The notes under the pieces: generated by a model
Databases searched by the model: none
Told to the model about the DNA's origin: nothing
The model's input: only the letters and a program-made list of their open reading frames with translations
Shown here: positions 8,650 through 21,346 of the stretch, piece by piece
How the letters are laid out: the number at the start of each line of letters is the position of its first letter
How positions within the stretch are numbered: the stretch's first letter is position 1
Translations under genes and position numbers: made by a program
Assembly (NCBI RefSeq): GCF_009914755.1
Contig: NC_060931.1
Reading direction: 5' to 3' (one strand)
DNA: 64,000 nucleotides
Origin: the human T2T-CHM13v2.0 reference genome, Homo sapiens

Positions 8650-11480
8650 GGCAATGGAAAGAGGACTAGACCTTATTTTGACAAAACGGTATTTAAATTC
8701 CAATTCTGACATTTAAAAGCTGTGTAACATAGGTTTATTATATGTGCTGCCACATTTATGAAAATATCCGTATAATACCTGTCTTGCAGTTATTGTGATT
8801 ATTTCATATTTATATATTTATGAAAGCCTAGCATATTTCCTGTTATAAAGTCAGACCTCAGTAAGTATTAGTTGCTTTCATTATAAAGATAGGCCCAATT
8901 ATAAAGATCTGCCTGCTCTATCAAGAACTGCCTACTCTTTGATACTGTATTCACTTAGGAAGCAATCTAAATTGTGGAGTAACCCTGGGGAAGCTTAGGA
9001 ATGTGTTGGTGATAACTGCTTATGCTGTCAATGCTTTCCTGGAATTTGGGAGTTGTCAGAGTGTCTGTTGGTGCTACATACTAGTATTACAACTATGTGC
9101 TCTGCAAGCCTTTATATTATCTTCTGTATCCTCTCTCACTTCTATACAGTGCTACTCTACTCACACCCAGCTCCCCACCCGCACACACACACACTGACAC
9201 TCAAAGTCATCAAGAAACTCAAGTAACATTGTATACTGGGGTTGCCTCACAAGGTATAGGCCGTGGGATGTCAGAGAAGATAAGAATTATAGAAACTACT
9301 CTTGTAGGTCTTGTTTGGTGACATGGTTTGGCTGTGTCCCCACCCAAATCTCATCTTGAATTCCCATGTGTTGTGGGAGGGACCTGGTGGGAGATAATTG
9401 AATCATAGGGGCAGGTCTTTCCTGTGCTGTTCTCATGATAGTGAATAAGTCTCATGAGATCTGATGGTTTTAAAAAGAAGAGTTTTCCTGCACAAGCTCT
9501 CTCTTTGCTGCCATCCATGTGAGACGTGACTTGCTCTTCCTTGCCTTCCACCATGATTGTGAGGCTTCCCCAGCCATGTGAAACTCTAAGTCCAATTAAA
9601 ACCTCTTTCTTTTGTAAATTGCCCAGTCTCGGGTATGTCTTTATCAGCAGCATGAAAATGGACTAATACATTTTGTATAAGGTTCTGAAGAGGCCTTATT
9701 TAAAGCATTCTTTTATTTTCCTATGACAAATCAATGGGACCCAACTTGTAGGATATTTAGAGAAGAGCTCTTATTAAAAGGGATATAATAATGATGATGT
9801 GTATGATAGCTAACATTTTTTTGAGCACTAACTGTGCCAGATACTGTTTCAAATGCTTTTATAGGTATTATCTCATTTCATCTTCATAGCAACCCCTAGG
9901 TAGTCATATTACGCTTTTTATGTACAAATGAGGAAACTGATGAAAAGAGTAGCTTGCCCAAAGTCACACAATAACTGAGAAAAGACTTTTATCCTATGCA
10001 CGGTTGTAATGATGTCTCATAGTAACTAAATTCCATTGAATGAGGTCTGAAACAGACTTTTCTTACACATAAATATGCTCTAAAGCCAATGTTACCATAG
10101 AAAGGCAGTATGGAATAGTGAAAAGATTTTAAAATCAGGCCAGCTTAGGATCAGATTCTGGTAAACCTCTGAACTTCAGTTTCTCTTCTGTAAAATGAGT
10201 AATACTGTATCTATATTGCTGGGATGTGGAAATGATTAGGTGAGATGATATAATAGTCTGGTCTTCAATTGTGACTGTTATTTCAGTCATAGGTATAGGC
10301 ACATCTTTGGCATATGTGCCAGAAGTGATACAAGTGGTTTTAATATGTCTTCTGCACTTGAAGAGCAGGTTATTATTGAGGGATTTGATGGGTCAGATAC
10401 CGAATTACATACACTTATTGTGTTGACCTTGACCTTCCCATTCATGCAAAAGAATAGTGCTGCCCTTTACAATACACACTCATACACTTCCATCTGGAAA
10501 AACTGTAAAGAGGATGTCGATCAGATTCATATAATAGAAATCATACTCTCTTCTAAATATAAATCACGAGTATATAGAAACAAGCAATGTGCATAAACTG
10601 CTGTCTCCAGTGATTAAATCTTCAAATGTTTCTATTAGCTCTTCTTAGAGAACTTTGCCACAAAATTAGGGTTCAGTTTTGACTTATTTGATAAACTTAT
10701 CAGACTCTGAATGAGTTGGCTTTTCATTGACAGTACCTTAAAGACTTGCCACCTCATGCTGAAACAAGTATGTTCTACTGACCTACTTGACCCAAAGGTG
10801 AGCAGGGCAGCTTTTTTCAGAAGTGGTGATAGATTTGACTGATCAGTCTTCTGTTTTTCTTTACTTCTCACTGATCATCTTTGTAACTAGTGGCATTTAT
10901 TTGCAACATAGGCAGCTGGGGTTGAATGATATCTTTGGCTATAGGAACCAAGTAAAGTTTTCTAGAGCTAAACAGGATTTAAACCTTTGCTTCATGGGGT
11001 GAAGGGAGGTTGGGAAAGAGGGAGTCAACAATTGACAAGTGGTAAAATATTTAAAATTTTATAGGATAATGTGGGATAGTATTAAGCTTTCTCCATGAGT
11101 AGCATATTTAAAATAATCAATGTACAGTATTGAATCAGTAAAATATGTAGAAGGAAAAACTGGAATAGGAGTCAGAAGACCTGGATTCTGAATCTGAATT
11201 TGTAGCTTTTTAGCAGTGTGAACTTGGGGAAAATCGTTTAACCTCTCTGAGCCTCAGTTTCATCAGGAAAAAAAAAATGATGTTGATATTATTGGGAGGT
11301 GTGGTGAGGGCAGAGTATGTTAAAGCACTCTATGAATCTTGAGGCACTATGAAAATATAGGGACAAATGATGCTACTGATAAAAGTCTGTCTCAAGAGGC
11401 AGTAGCGAGTACAAGCCCAAGCTTTAGACTTGGATAAACTGGAATCAAAAGGAGCTGTCAGCTAAAAGCTGTATGACCTT
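8650..11480. mobile_element. Several MIR fragments (about 8650-8875, 9790-9975, 10105-10250, 11160-11480)
   Basis: MIR core motifs such as GGAGTCAGAAGACCTGG and AACCTCTCTGAGCCTCAGTTT. The span also contains unrelated sequence and the THE1 LTR. Confidence 0.6.
9319..9670 (+). mobile_element. THE1B-like MaLR solo LTR
   Basis: TGACATGGTTTGGCTGTGTCCCCACCC ... GGACTAATACA; 352 bp; 5-bp flanks TTTGG/TTTTG. Confidence 0.92.
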
Positions 11481-12592
11481 CAGCAAGTAATAGGACCTCA
11501 TTATTACTATTATGGCTGCTGCTGCTGCTACTGCTACTACTACTACAAAAGCTTGGATGTAACTTTAAAATGATTACAAACTAATCAAAGAACATTAAAG
11601 CTGGAATCAAGACAAATCCCACATTATACAATATATAAACTCTGTAAGGACAGGAACTGTTAAATATACCTTTAACCTCATCCTCTGGGACAGTGTCATG
11701 TTGTGATGGCATTTGGTGGTGTTTGGCAACTGTGAATCAGCGCCATGCTGGGCTCTATATGGGATACAAATGAAGAACCCCTAGCCTTATCCATGTGGAC
11801 ATCTCAGTGTAGTTGGTGGGCTCTGCATCCCTGTCTCACCGGAGCTAATAAGAGAGTCTCTTCTAGTTCCATATAGCACTGTGGGATGAAGTGGATACAT
11901 TTGATTCTGTGATATGCATGCCTTGCCAGAGGCGCTGAGCATACTAAAGCTTTTACATGTGTTTATTTTTAAAAGAAAGGAAATTCTTGTTTTGCCTCCT
12001 TGTTTCTCTAATACTGTCCTCATTTCATGTTTTTTTCTTAACTGAAAGAACTCTCCCCTCCCTGCAAGTAATCACAGAGGCCCTGCCTTTAAAAAACTTT
12101 TTTTAGTGTTTTTATCCAAATAGAGAGGTTTGTTTTTTTACTAGTAAAGATCTCAGAATTGTAATCGTGGTTATTTAACACAGTCTTCTGTTATGTAATA
12201 AGCTGCTATTCACCAGTAATAGCCAATTAGAAAAGAAAATATCCTGTACCCGCTAATCGTAATTACCATTATAAAGCAATTAATAGCAGAAACTGTTGCT
12301 GAACTGTAACATAACATCAATCAAGCTGTCTTTGCCAAGGCACTGTACAACTAATTTTCTCAAATGAAGGAGGAGAAGGGAAGGAAAGGAAGGTGAGAGT
12401 CTGCGGGCTTATTTGAATTTCTTTCAAACCAGTTTATGAATGACTTTTGAATGCTCTTTAAATATGCATCCACTCACAAAGGTAAGTAATGCTAATAATG
12501 TACTGCGACATTGAGTTATTTTTCCAGCAGCAGTGATCATAGACAGTACAGCTTTGCAAAAAGCTCACTGGACAAGGAATCAGAAGAACTAG

Positions 12593-12890
<298 letters not shown>

Positions 12891-13777
12891 TAATCCCACT
12901 TCTCCTTCCGACTGACTGTGATTTTAGAGAAGTCATTAGCACTCCTGGTTAAGATTTCCTGGTTTGTAAATGAGGGAGTGAGATTATGTTAGCATCCTTT
13001 CAACTCCATCTTCCAAATATCAGTAAAAGAAAGAGGAGGTAGGTTTACAGCTTGGGAGCCGACATAATTCAGTCCTAGCATCTGTAAAAAGAAAAAGAAA
13101 AATCTGGATATGGCCTGAAGAATTAGTTGCACATGTGTGTGTCATTGATCAGGTGTATCAGGTTAGAAAATTGGCTGAGAACCACTGCAGTAGATGTCTT
13201 CTGGGATCCTATACTCTGAGACAATATGGATTGATTATTAGGATGCATCCTATCTCACTCTCCTTTCCATTTGTAATAAACAGTGCAAAACTGAAAGAGC
13301 TACTGATAGAACTGAGGTTTCGTTCATTCAAAAATTTTATTTAGCATCTGCTATGTGCAAACTTCTTTATTCTGAATGCTGTAGAATACAAAGATGAGAA
13401 TAACATTGGTCTTGCCATCAAGGATCTTATGACCTAATAGGGAGGATATAAGAAGTACATATTACAAGGTAGAAAGTGCTGGGGAACATTAGAGTGATAT
13501 ACATAGAGTTATGCAAAAAAGAGATTATTCCCAACAGGTGGTACTGGGCCTTGAAGTTTAATAATATTTGGACATGCAGAAACAAGGAAAAAGTGTTATA
13601 GGCCTACACAAAGGGAGGGAGCAATAGAAAAACTAAGGGCATATACAACAAGTATCAAGTCAATACATTTTGCCTAGAGAAAATGATAAGTAAATGGCAG
13701 CAATGGAAAAGAAGTCTGGAAATGTAAATTGAAAGTAGATCATACTGTCTCAGATCTTAGAACTTGATTATGCAGAC

Positions 13778-14494
13778 TGAAACTGCCTTTGCAAAAATTA
13801 TAGCAGAAAAGTATTGTAGTGAGAGACGTCTGACCTAACCGACTCCATCTTGCTTCTAACCTCCAAGCTGCCGGTGTTCATTCCTGGATATGGGCTGAAC
13901 TAACTTTGGGAGGAGCTTAGTTCATAGTTTAACTTTGAAACAAAGAGATAACAGCCCTTTCCCAAAACAAACCCGCTTCTTGCCTGGCGAGTAGACTGCC
14001 TTTTGCAGGACTAACTAAATTAACCACCAGATTAAAAATTATGGTTTAGTAGTCATGCAGCTAGAGGCCACAAGGTTCTAAACCTCCTCAGTTGTTCCTA
14101 GGGATAACATCACTATTGTAAAACCTAAGATTAGTGTTTGAGATATTTTCCAGACCCTGCACTCAGTGGGTCAGCTGGTACCACCGTATCAATAAACTGG
14201 CTCATCCGGTCTTGTGGCCGCCACCCAGAAACTGACTTAGCGCAAGAAGACAAGTTCGACTCCCTACGATTTCATCTCTGACCTGACCAATCAGCTCTTA
14301 CCACTTTCTGATTCCCTATCCACCAAATTATCCTTAAAAATTCCGATCCCCAAATTTGGGGAGATTGATTTGAGTAATAATAAAACTCCAGTCTCCTGTA
14401 CAGCTGGCTCTGCATGAATTAAACTCTTTCTCCATTTCAGTTCCCCTGTCTTGATAAATTGATTCTGGGCAGTGGGCAAAATGAACCTATTGGG
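13778..14494 (+). mobile_element. LTR8A-like ERV1 LTR
   Basis: TGAAACTGCCTTTGCAAAAATTA...AACCGACTCCATCTTGCTTCTAACCTCCAAGCTG start; ends near GGGCAAAATGAACCTATTGGG with the last few bases missing. Confidence 0.85.
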
Positions 14495-15912
14495 TCTTGA
14501 AACTTTGAAGAAAAGGAATGACAAGATCAAAGTTTAATCAGGTAACAATGTACTGGAGGGGGAAAGTTAAGTCAGGAGTCCTTGCTAAAGCAAGAGTTAA
14601 TGAAGAACCACAATAGACTTCAGTAACTTGCCGTTGTTTTTTGTTTCGTATTTTAGAATTTTTTAATTGACAACTAAAAGTATGTATTATGTACAGCATG
14701 ATGTTTTGATATATGTATTAATATACACTGTGGAATGGCTAAAATAAGCTAATTAACCTTGCATACTTACCATTTTTTTGTGGTGAGAACATTTAAGATC
14801 TACTCATAGCAGTTTTCAAGTATACATTACAGTGTTATTAATAATAGTTACCCTGTTGTACAGCAGATCTCCTGAACTTTTTCCTGACTGAAATTTTGTA
14901 CCTTTCGACCAACATCTCTCCAATCTTCCCCTCCCCCTAGCCCCTGGTACCTATCATTCATTGTACTATCTGCTTCTATGAATGTGACCATTTTAGATTT
15001 CACATACAAATAAGATCACACAGTATGTATCTTTTTCTCTCTGTCTTATTTAACTTCGCATTCTCCAGGTTCATTCATGTTATCACAAATGGCAGGATTT
15101 CCTTCTTTCGTAAGGCTGAATGATACTGTATTGTGTATATATATGCACCACATTTTCTTTATCTGTTCATCCATTGATGGACACTTAGCTTGATTCTTTA
15201 TCTTGGCTATTGTGAATAATGCTGCAATGAACATAGGAGTGCAGATATCTCATAGGCACACTGATTTCATTTTCTTCAGTTATGTACCCAGAAGTAGATT
15301 CATTGGATCATATGGTAATTCTATGTTTAATTTTTTGAGGAACCTCCATGCTGTTTTCCATAATGGCTATATTACTTTACATTCCCACCAACAGTGTACA
15401 GAGTTGCCTTTTCTCCACACTCTCTCCAATGCTTATCTCTTGTCTTTTTGGTAATAGCCATCCTAACAGGGGATATCTCTTCATGATTTTAATATGCATT
15501 TCTCTAATGATTAGTGATGTTGAGCATTTCTTCATATACCTGTTAGCTTTTTCCTTTAGTTGCCTGTGCTTTTGGGGTCGTGTACAAAAAATCTTTGGCC
15601 AGACTAATGTCAAGAAACTTTTACCCTATTTTTTCTTCTAGGAGTTTTACAGTTTCGGGTCTTAGGTTGAAGCCTTTAATCTACTTTGAGTTGATTGTTA
15701 TATAGGAGGTGAAATAAGGGTTCAATTTCATTCTTCTTTATGTGGATATCCAGTTTTCCTTACACCATTTATTGAAGAGATTGTCCTTTCCCCCATTATG
15801 TATTCTTGGCACCCTTATCAAAGATAAGTTGACCATAAATGCACATATTAATTTCTGAGTTCTCTGTTCTGTTTCATTGGTCCGTGTGTCTATTTTTATG
15901 CCAGTACCTGGA

Positions 15913-16243
15913 TTTTTGGATTTTGTTTTCATTTTGAGATAGAGTCTCACTCTATTATTGCTCAGGCTAGAGTGCTGTGTCTCCCACGCTAAAGTGCAGT
16001 GGCACAATCACGGCTCACTGCAGCCTTGATCTATTGGGCTCAAGCAATCCTCCCACCTCAGCCTCCTGAGTAGCTGGGATTACAGGTGTGCACCATCACA
16101 CCTGGCTAAATTTTAAAATTTTTTGTAGAGGGAGATCTCACTATGTTAGCCCAGTCTGGTCTCCAACTCCTGGGTTCAAGCAGTCCTCCTGCCTTGGCCT
16201 CCCAAAGTGTTGAGATTACAGGTGTAACCCACCAAACCCAGCT
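15913..16243 (-). mobile_element. AluJ inserted in the L1
   Basis: Antisense AluJ dimer interrupting L1 ORF2 sequence. Confidence 0.9.
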
Positions 16244-16954
16244 GCTATGCTGTTTAGATTACTACGGTTTGGTAGATTTTGAGATCAGGTAGAGTGATGC
16301 CTCCAGTTTTGTTCTTTTTGCTCAACATTGCTTTGGCTATTCCTGGTATTCTGTGGTTCCATATGAATTTTAGGATTGTTTATTCTGTTTCTGTGAAAAA
16401 TGTCATTGAAATTTTGTTAGAGATTGCATTGAATCTGTAGATCACTTTGAGTACTGTGGACATTTTAATATTCTTCTAATCCATAAGCATGGCATATCTT
16501 TCCTTTTATTTGTTTCCTCTTCAATTTCTCTCATCAGTATTTTATAGTTTTCCCTGTACAGATCTTACAACTCTTTGGTTCATTATTCCTAAGTATTTTT
16601 TTTTTTGGCAAGATTGTAAATGGTATTTCTTTTTTAATTCGTATGTTAGTGTATAGAAATGCTGATGATTTTTGCCTGTTGATTTTGTATCCTGCAACTT
16701 TACTGAGTTCGTTTATCAGTTCTAACAGTTTTTTGGTAGAGTCTTTAGGGTTTTCTGTATATAAGAGTATGTTGTTTGTAAACAAAAAAAATTTAACATT
16801 TGATTGTGATGGCTTATCCTTGTCTAACTGTTCTGGCCAGGGCTTCAATACTGTGGTGAATAGAGGTGCTGAGCATGGGCATCCTTGTCTTGTTCCCTAT
16901 TTTAGAGAAAAAACTTTTAACTTTTCACTGCTGAGTATGTTAGCAAGGCCTTAT

Positions 16955-17723
16955 TCAGAGACAGGACTAGCTGGATTTCCTAGGCCGACTAAGAATCCCT
17001 AAGCCTAGCTGGGAAGGTGACCACATCCACCTTTAAACATGGGGCTTGCAACTTAGCTCACACCCGACCAATCAGGTAGTAAAGAGAGCTCACTAAAATG
17101 CTAATTAGGCAAAAACAGGAGGGAAAGAAATAGCCAATCATCTATCACCTGAGAGCATAGGGGGAGGGACAATTGTCAGGATATAAACCCAGGCATTCCA
17201 GCCAGCACGGGCTACCCTCTTTGGGTCCCCTCCCTTTGTATGGGAGCTCCGTTTTCACTCTATTAAACCTTCCAACTGCACACTCTTCTGGTCCGTGTTT
17301 GTTACCGCTCGAGCTGAGCTTTTGCTCTTTGTCCACCACTGCTGTTTGCCACCATCGCAGACCCGCCGCTGACCCGCCGCTGACTTCCACCCTTCCAGAT
17401 CCAGCAGGGTGTCTGCTGGGCTCCTGATCCAGCGAGGTGCCCATTGCCGCTCCCGATTGGGCTAAAGGCTGGCCATCGTTCCTGCATGGCTAAGTGCCTG
17501 GGTTCATCCTAATCAAGCTGAACACTAGCTGCTGGGTTCCACGGTTCTCTTCCATGACCCACGGCTTCTAATAGAGCTGTAACACTCACCATGTGGCCTA
17601 AGATTCCATTCCTTGGAATCCCTGAGGCCAAGAACCCAGGTCAGAAAACCAGAGGCTTGCCGCCATCTTGGAAGCAGCCTGCCACCATCTCGGGAGCTCT
17701 GGGAGGAAGGACCCCCGGTAACA
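16955..17723 (+). mobile_element. LTR17 (HERV-W) complete solo LTR
   Basis: AGAGACAGGACTAGCTGGATTTCCTAGGCCGACTAAGAATCCCTAAGCC ... GGACCCCCGGTAACA; 4-bp TSD TTAT (16951-16954, 17724-17727); two CCAAT boxes, TATA, ATTAAA. Confidence 0.93.
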
Positions 17724-17736
17724 TTATCATATATGG

Positions 17737-18159
17737 CAGTGGTCCCCAACCTTCTTGGCACCAGGGACTGGTTTCGTGGAAGACAGTTTTTCCACAGACT
17801 GGGTTTTGGGATGATCCAAGCACATTACATTTATTATGCACTTTATTTCTATTATTATTAATATTTACCATGATAAAGAATCAGTGGGAGCCCTGAGCTT
17901 GTTTTCCTGCAACTAGACAGTCCATCTGGGGGTGATGGGAGACAGTGACAGACCATCAGGCGTTAGATTCTCATAAGGAGTGTGCAACCTAGATCCCTTG
18001 CATGCACAGTTCACAGTAGGGTTCACACTCCTATGAGAGTCTAATGCTGACACTAATCTGACAGGAGGCAGAGCTCAGCTTCACTCACATGCAGCTCACC
18101 TCCTGCTGTGTGGCCCAGTTCCTAACAGGCCACAAACCAGTACTGGTTGGGGACTCCTG
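17737..18159 (+). mobile_element. MER1A hAT-Charlie DNA transposon
   Basis: TIRs CAGTGGTCCCCAACC ... GGTTGGGGACTCCTG; 8-bp TSD ATATATGG/ATAAATGG. Confidence 0.88.
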
Positions 18160-19030
18160 ATAAATGGCCTTTATTGTGTTGAGGTAGATTCCTTCTATGC
18201 TTTTAATCATGAAGAGATGTTGAATTTTGTTAAAATACTTTCTCCACATCTATGGAGTCATATATTTTTTGTCCTTCATCCTATTAACATGGTTTATCAC
18301 ATTTATAGAGTCATGTATTTTGAGCCATCTTTATATCCCTGAGATGAATTCCACTTGATTTTGGTGAATGATTCTTTCAGTGTGCTGTTGAATTTAGTTT
18401 GCAACTATTTTGTTGAGTATTTTGTCTATCAGGGATATTGCCCTGTACTTTTGTTCTCTTGAAGTGTCCTTCTCTGGCTTTGGTATCAGGGTGATTCAGA
18501 CCTTGTAAAATGAGTTTGGAAGTGGTTCCTCCTCTTCAGTGTTTTGGAAGAGTTTGAGAAGCATTGGTGTTAGTTCATCTTTAAATGTTTGGTAGAATTC
18601 AGCGGTGACATCGTTAGGTCTTGGGCTTTTCTTTCATGGGAAAGCTTTTGTTACTGAATTAATCTCCTTACCTGATATTGAGCTGTTCACATTTTCCCTT
18701 TCTTCATAATTGAGTCTTGCTAGGTTCTATGTGTATAGAATTTATCCATTTCTTCTAGGTTATCCAATTTATTGCCATATAATTGCTCATAGTACCCTCA
18801 TGATCCTTTGTATTTCTGTGGTATCAGCTGTGATATCTCCTTCATTTATGATTTAATGTATTTGAGGCTTCTGTCTTTTTTTTCTTAGTTAGCTTAGCTA
18901 AGGGTTTGTCAATTTTGTGTATCTTTTCCAGAAATCAACTTTTAGTTGTGTTGATCCTTTCTATTATTTTTCTAGTTGTTACTGTGGGACTGAGTACTGC
19001 AAGCCTGCCCTTGGGATATGAATAGGCATG

Positions 19031-19472
19031 TGTGATGGTTAATACTGAGTGTCAACTTGATTGGATTGAAGGATACAAAGTATTGATCCTGAGCGTGTCT
19101 GTGAGGGTGTTGCTAAAGGAGATTAACATTTGAGTCAGTGGGCTGGGAAAGGCAGACCCACCCTTAATCTGGGTGGGTACCATCTGATCAGCTGCCAGCA
19201 CAGCTAGAATATAAACAGGCAGAAAAATGTGAAAAGAGAGACTGGCGTAGCCTCCCAGCCTGCATCTTTCTACCATGCTGGATGCTTCCTGCCCTCGAAC
19301 ATCGTACTCCAAGTTCTTCAGTTTTGGAACTCGGACTGGTTCTCCTTGCTCTTCAGCCTGCTGATGGCCTATTGTGGGACCTTGTGATTGTGTGAGTTAA
19401 TACTTAATAAACTCCCCTTTATATGTATATGTTTCATTAGTTCTGTCCCTCTAGAGAACCCTGACTAACGTA
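19031..19472 (+). mobile_element. MLT2A1 (HERV-L) solo LTR
   Basis: TGTGATGGTTAATACTGAGTGTCAACTTGATTGGATTG ... GAGAACCCTGACTAA; 5-bp TSD GCATG (19026-19030, 19473-19477). Confidence 0.9.
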
Positions 19473-20428
19473 GCATGTCTCCCAGCTGATCCCTGGCTAG
19501 GCAGCACTACTGTCATTCCACAGCTGATAGAGGCTCGAAGATGAGATTCGGGGCCATTTCAGGATCTGCTGTTGGACTGAGGGTTGCAAGCTGGCCCAGG
19601 GGACTCAGAATGGTGTGTCTCCCTCTGTGTCTTTGTTCCAGGAACACTGATCTAGGACTGTAGCTGAGAAGGCCTGGAGCCAAGTTAAAGGATCCTTTTA
19701 GGGTCCACAGCAGAGACTGAGGTCAACAGGTCTGTCTCCCTAGGCACTAGTATGTGTGACTTTTCCCAGTCTCCATGGTGGATAGTTTTGGAAGAGGCCC
19801 AAATCCAAATGGGGCTGTAGCCAAGTCCACAGGGAGACAGGGTCATTTCCAAGTCCGGAGCCAAGATCACAGTTCATGAGTCTGCCACCTGGTCGTAGGT
19901 TTGCCCTCTCAAAATGACCCTTCTAGGTTTTTAGACTCCACTGGGGTTTTAGAAACTCCTGCCTAAATCCCAAGGCTCCCACAAAGGCGCTTTTGTCCAG
20001 GGATGGCTGCAAAATTTTTTGAGAGAAGCAGGGATATAAGCAGAGGACCTCCTATTCCACTGTCTTGCCGACCCAGAATTCTCTGGTTAGAATTTTTTAA
20101 ACTAGGTATTACAGACAACCATAGTCACAGGAAGGCTTTCAGAAGCAATTGGGGTTGCAGTCTTCCTTGTCACATTCAAAAGCAAAGAGCTCTGCCCTTG
20201 TTAATAAAGTCAGAGCATAGCTGACTCCTGTAAGGAAATTTCTGGGATTAGAAAAATGTGCTGGGACAGAGCAGGTTGTATATGAAGATTCTGTCTACTT
20301 TAATAAGTTGGGTTCTGCTCGGGCACTGTCATTTAGAATGCCCAGATGACTGCAGGCAGAGTATGCCATAGAGATTAGACAGGCATCAGTTAGAATACAG
20401 AGAAGTAGAGAGATCTGGTAGCGGGTAG

Positions 20429-21086
20429 TATTAAAGAAAAACTAGAGCTGGACAGTAAACTGGCAGAAAAAATATTTTATTCAGGAACTCCTACAGTAGA
20501 GCAGGGGTGTCCTATCTTTTGGCTTCCCTGGGCCACATTGGAAGAAGAATTGTCTTGGACCACACATAAAATACACTAACACTTACAATAGATAATGAAC
20601 TTTAAAAAATTGTAAACAAATTTCATAATGTTTTAAGAAAGTTTACAAATTTGTGTTGGACCACATTCAAGGCCGCCCTGGGCTGTGTGTGGCCCACGGG
20701 CCAGGGATTGGATAAGCTTGTGAGGAAACAACACCTCAGTATAGAACTGGGCTCAATTCCTAATACAACATGGAAAAGTGGGAATTTATAGTCAAGAAAT
20801 AGGTTGGAGGGTTTGGGAGATGGAAAATCACTAAGAGGAAGCATCAGGGATAAGGGGGGATTCCTGCTGAAGGCAGGCCAGGGTAATCAGATATCACCTG
20901 GGGGATGGCAAGAATTTTTTTCAGCTATTGAGGGTGGTGAGTTATTGAGGACGGGGGATTCTTTCTAAACTGATTTAGCAGGATTCTTGATAAAACTGAA
21001 CTATGCAGGTCTGGCAAGGACGGGGCCTAGTCAGGAAAAGGGTTCAGAGGAACATGACTAAAATATGGTCAATGAGTCTTTGTTCA
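20429..21086 (-). mobile_element. MER31/MER67-family ERV1 LTR, interrupted by MER30
   Basis: Right end reads TGAACAAAGACTC..TGACCA..TTTAGTCA on the minus strand; internal CAGATATCACCTGGGGGATGG. Confidence 0.65.
20502..20720 (+). mobile_element. MER30 hAT DNA transposon
   Basis: CAGGGGTGTCC..TCTTTTGGCTTCCCTGGGCCACATTGGAAGAAG ... TTGGATAAGCTTG. Confidence 0.88.
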
Positions 21087-21163
21087 GTAGCAAGGACACA
21101 GCTACAAGTAAACTGGACTTTAGGGACAGGAGTCAAGTTATTAAAAGTCCTGAAAAAAATTTA

Positions 21164-21346
<183 letters not shown>

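Larger units (their letters stand above)
14667..20086 (-). mobile_element. Old L1 (L1MA8-like 3' end, L1M-type 5' end), internally deleted, host to four nested insertions
   Basis: Antisense L1MA 3' UTR at the left, then ORF2 remnants, then 5' UTR ending CTATTCCACTGTCTTGC at the right. 14-bp repeat TTAGAATTTTTTAA at 14653-14666 and 20087-20100 is consistent with a TSD. Confidence 0.8.

Noticed and set aside
11513-11545. (GCT)n/(ACT)n compound triplet run
   Set aside because: Short, interrupted and intronic; no sign of coding or expansion relevance.
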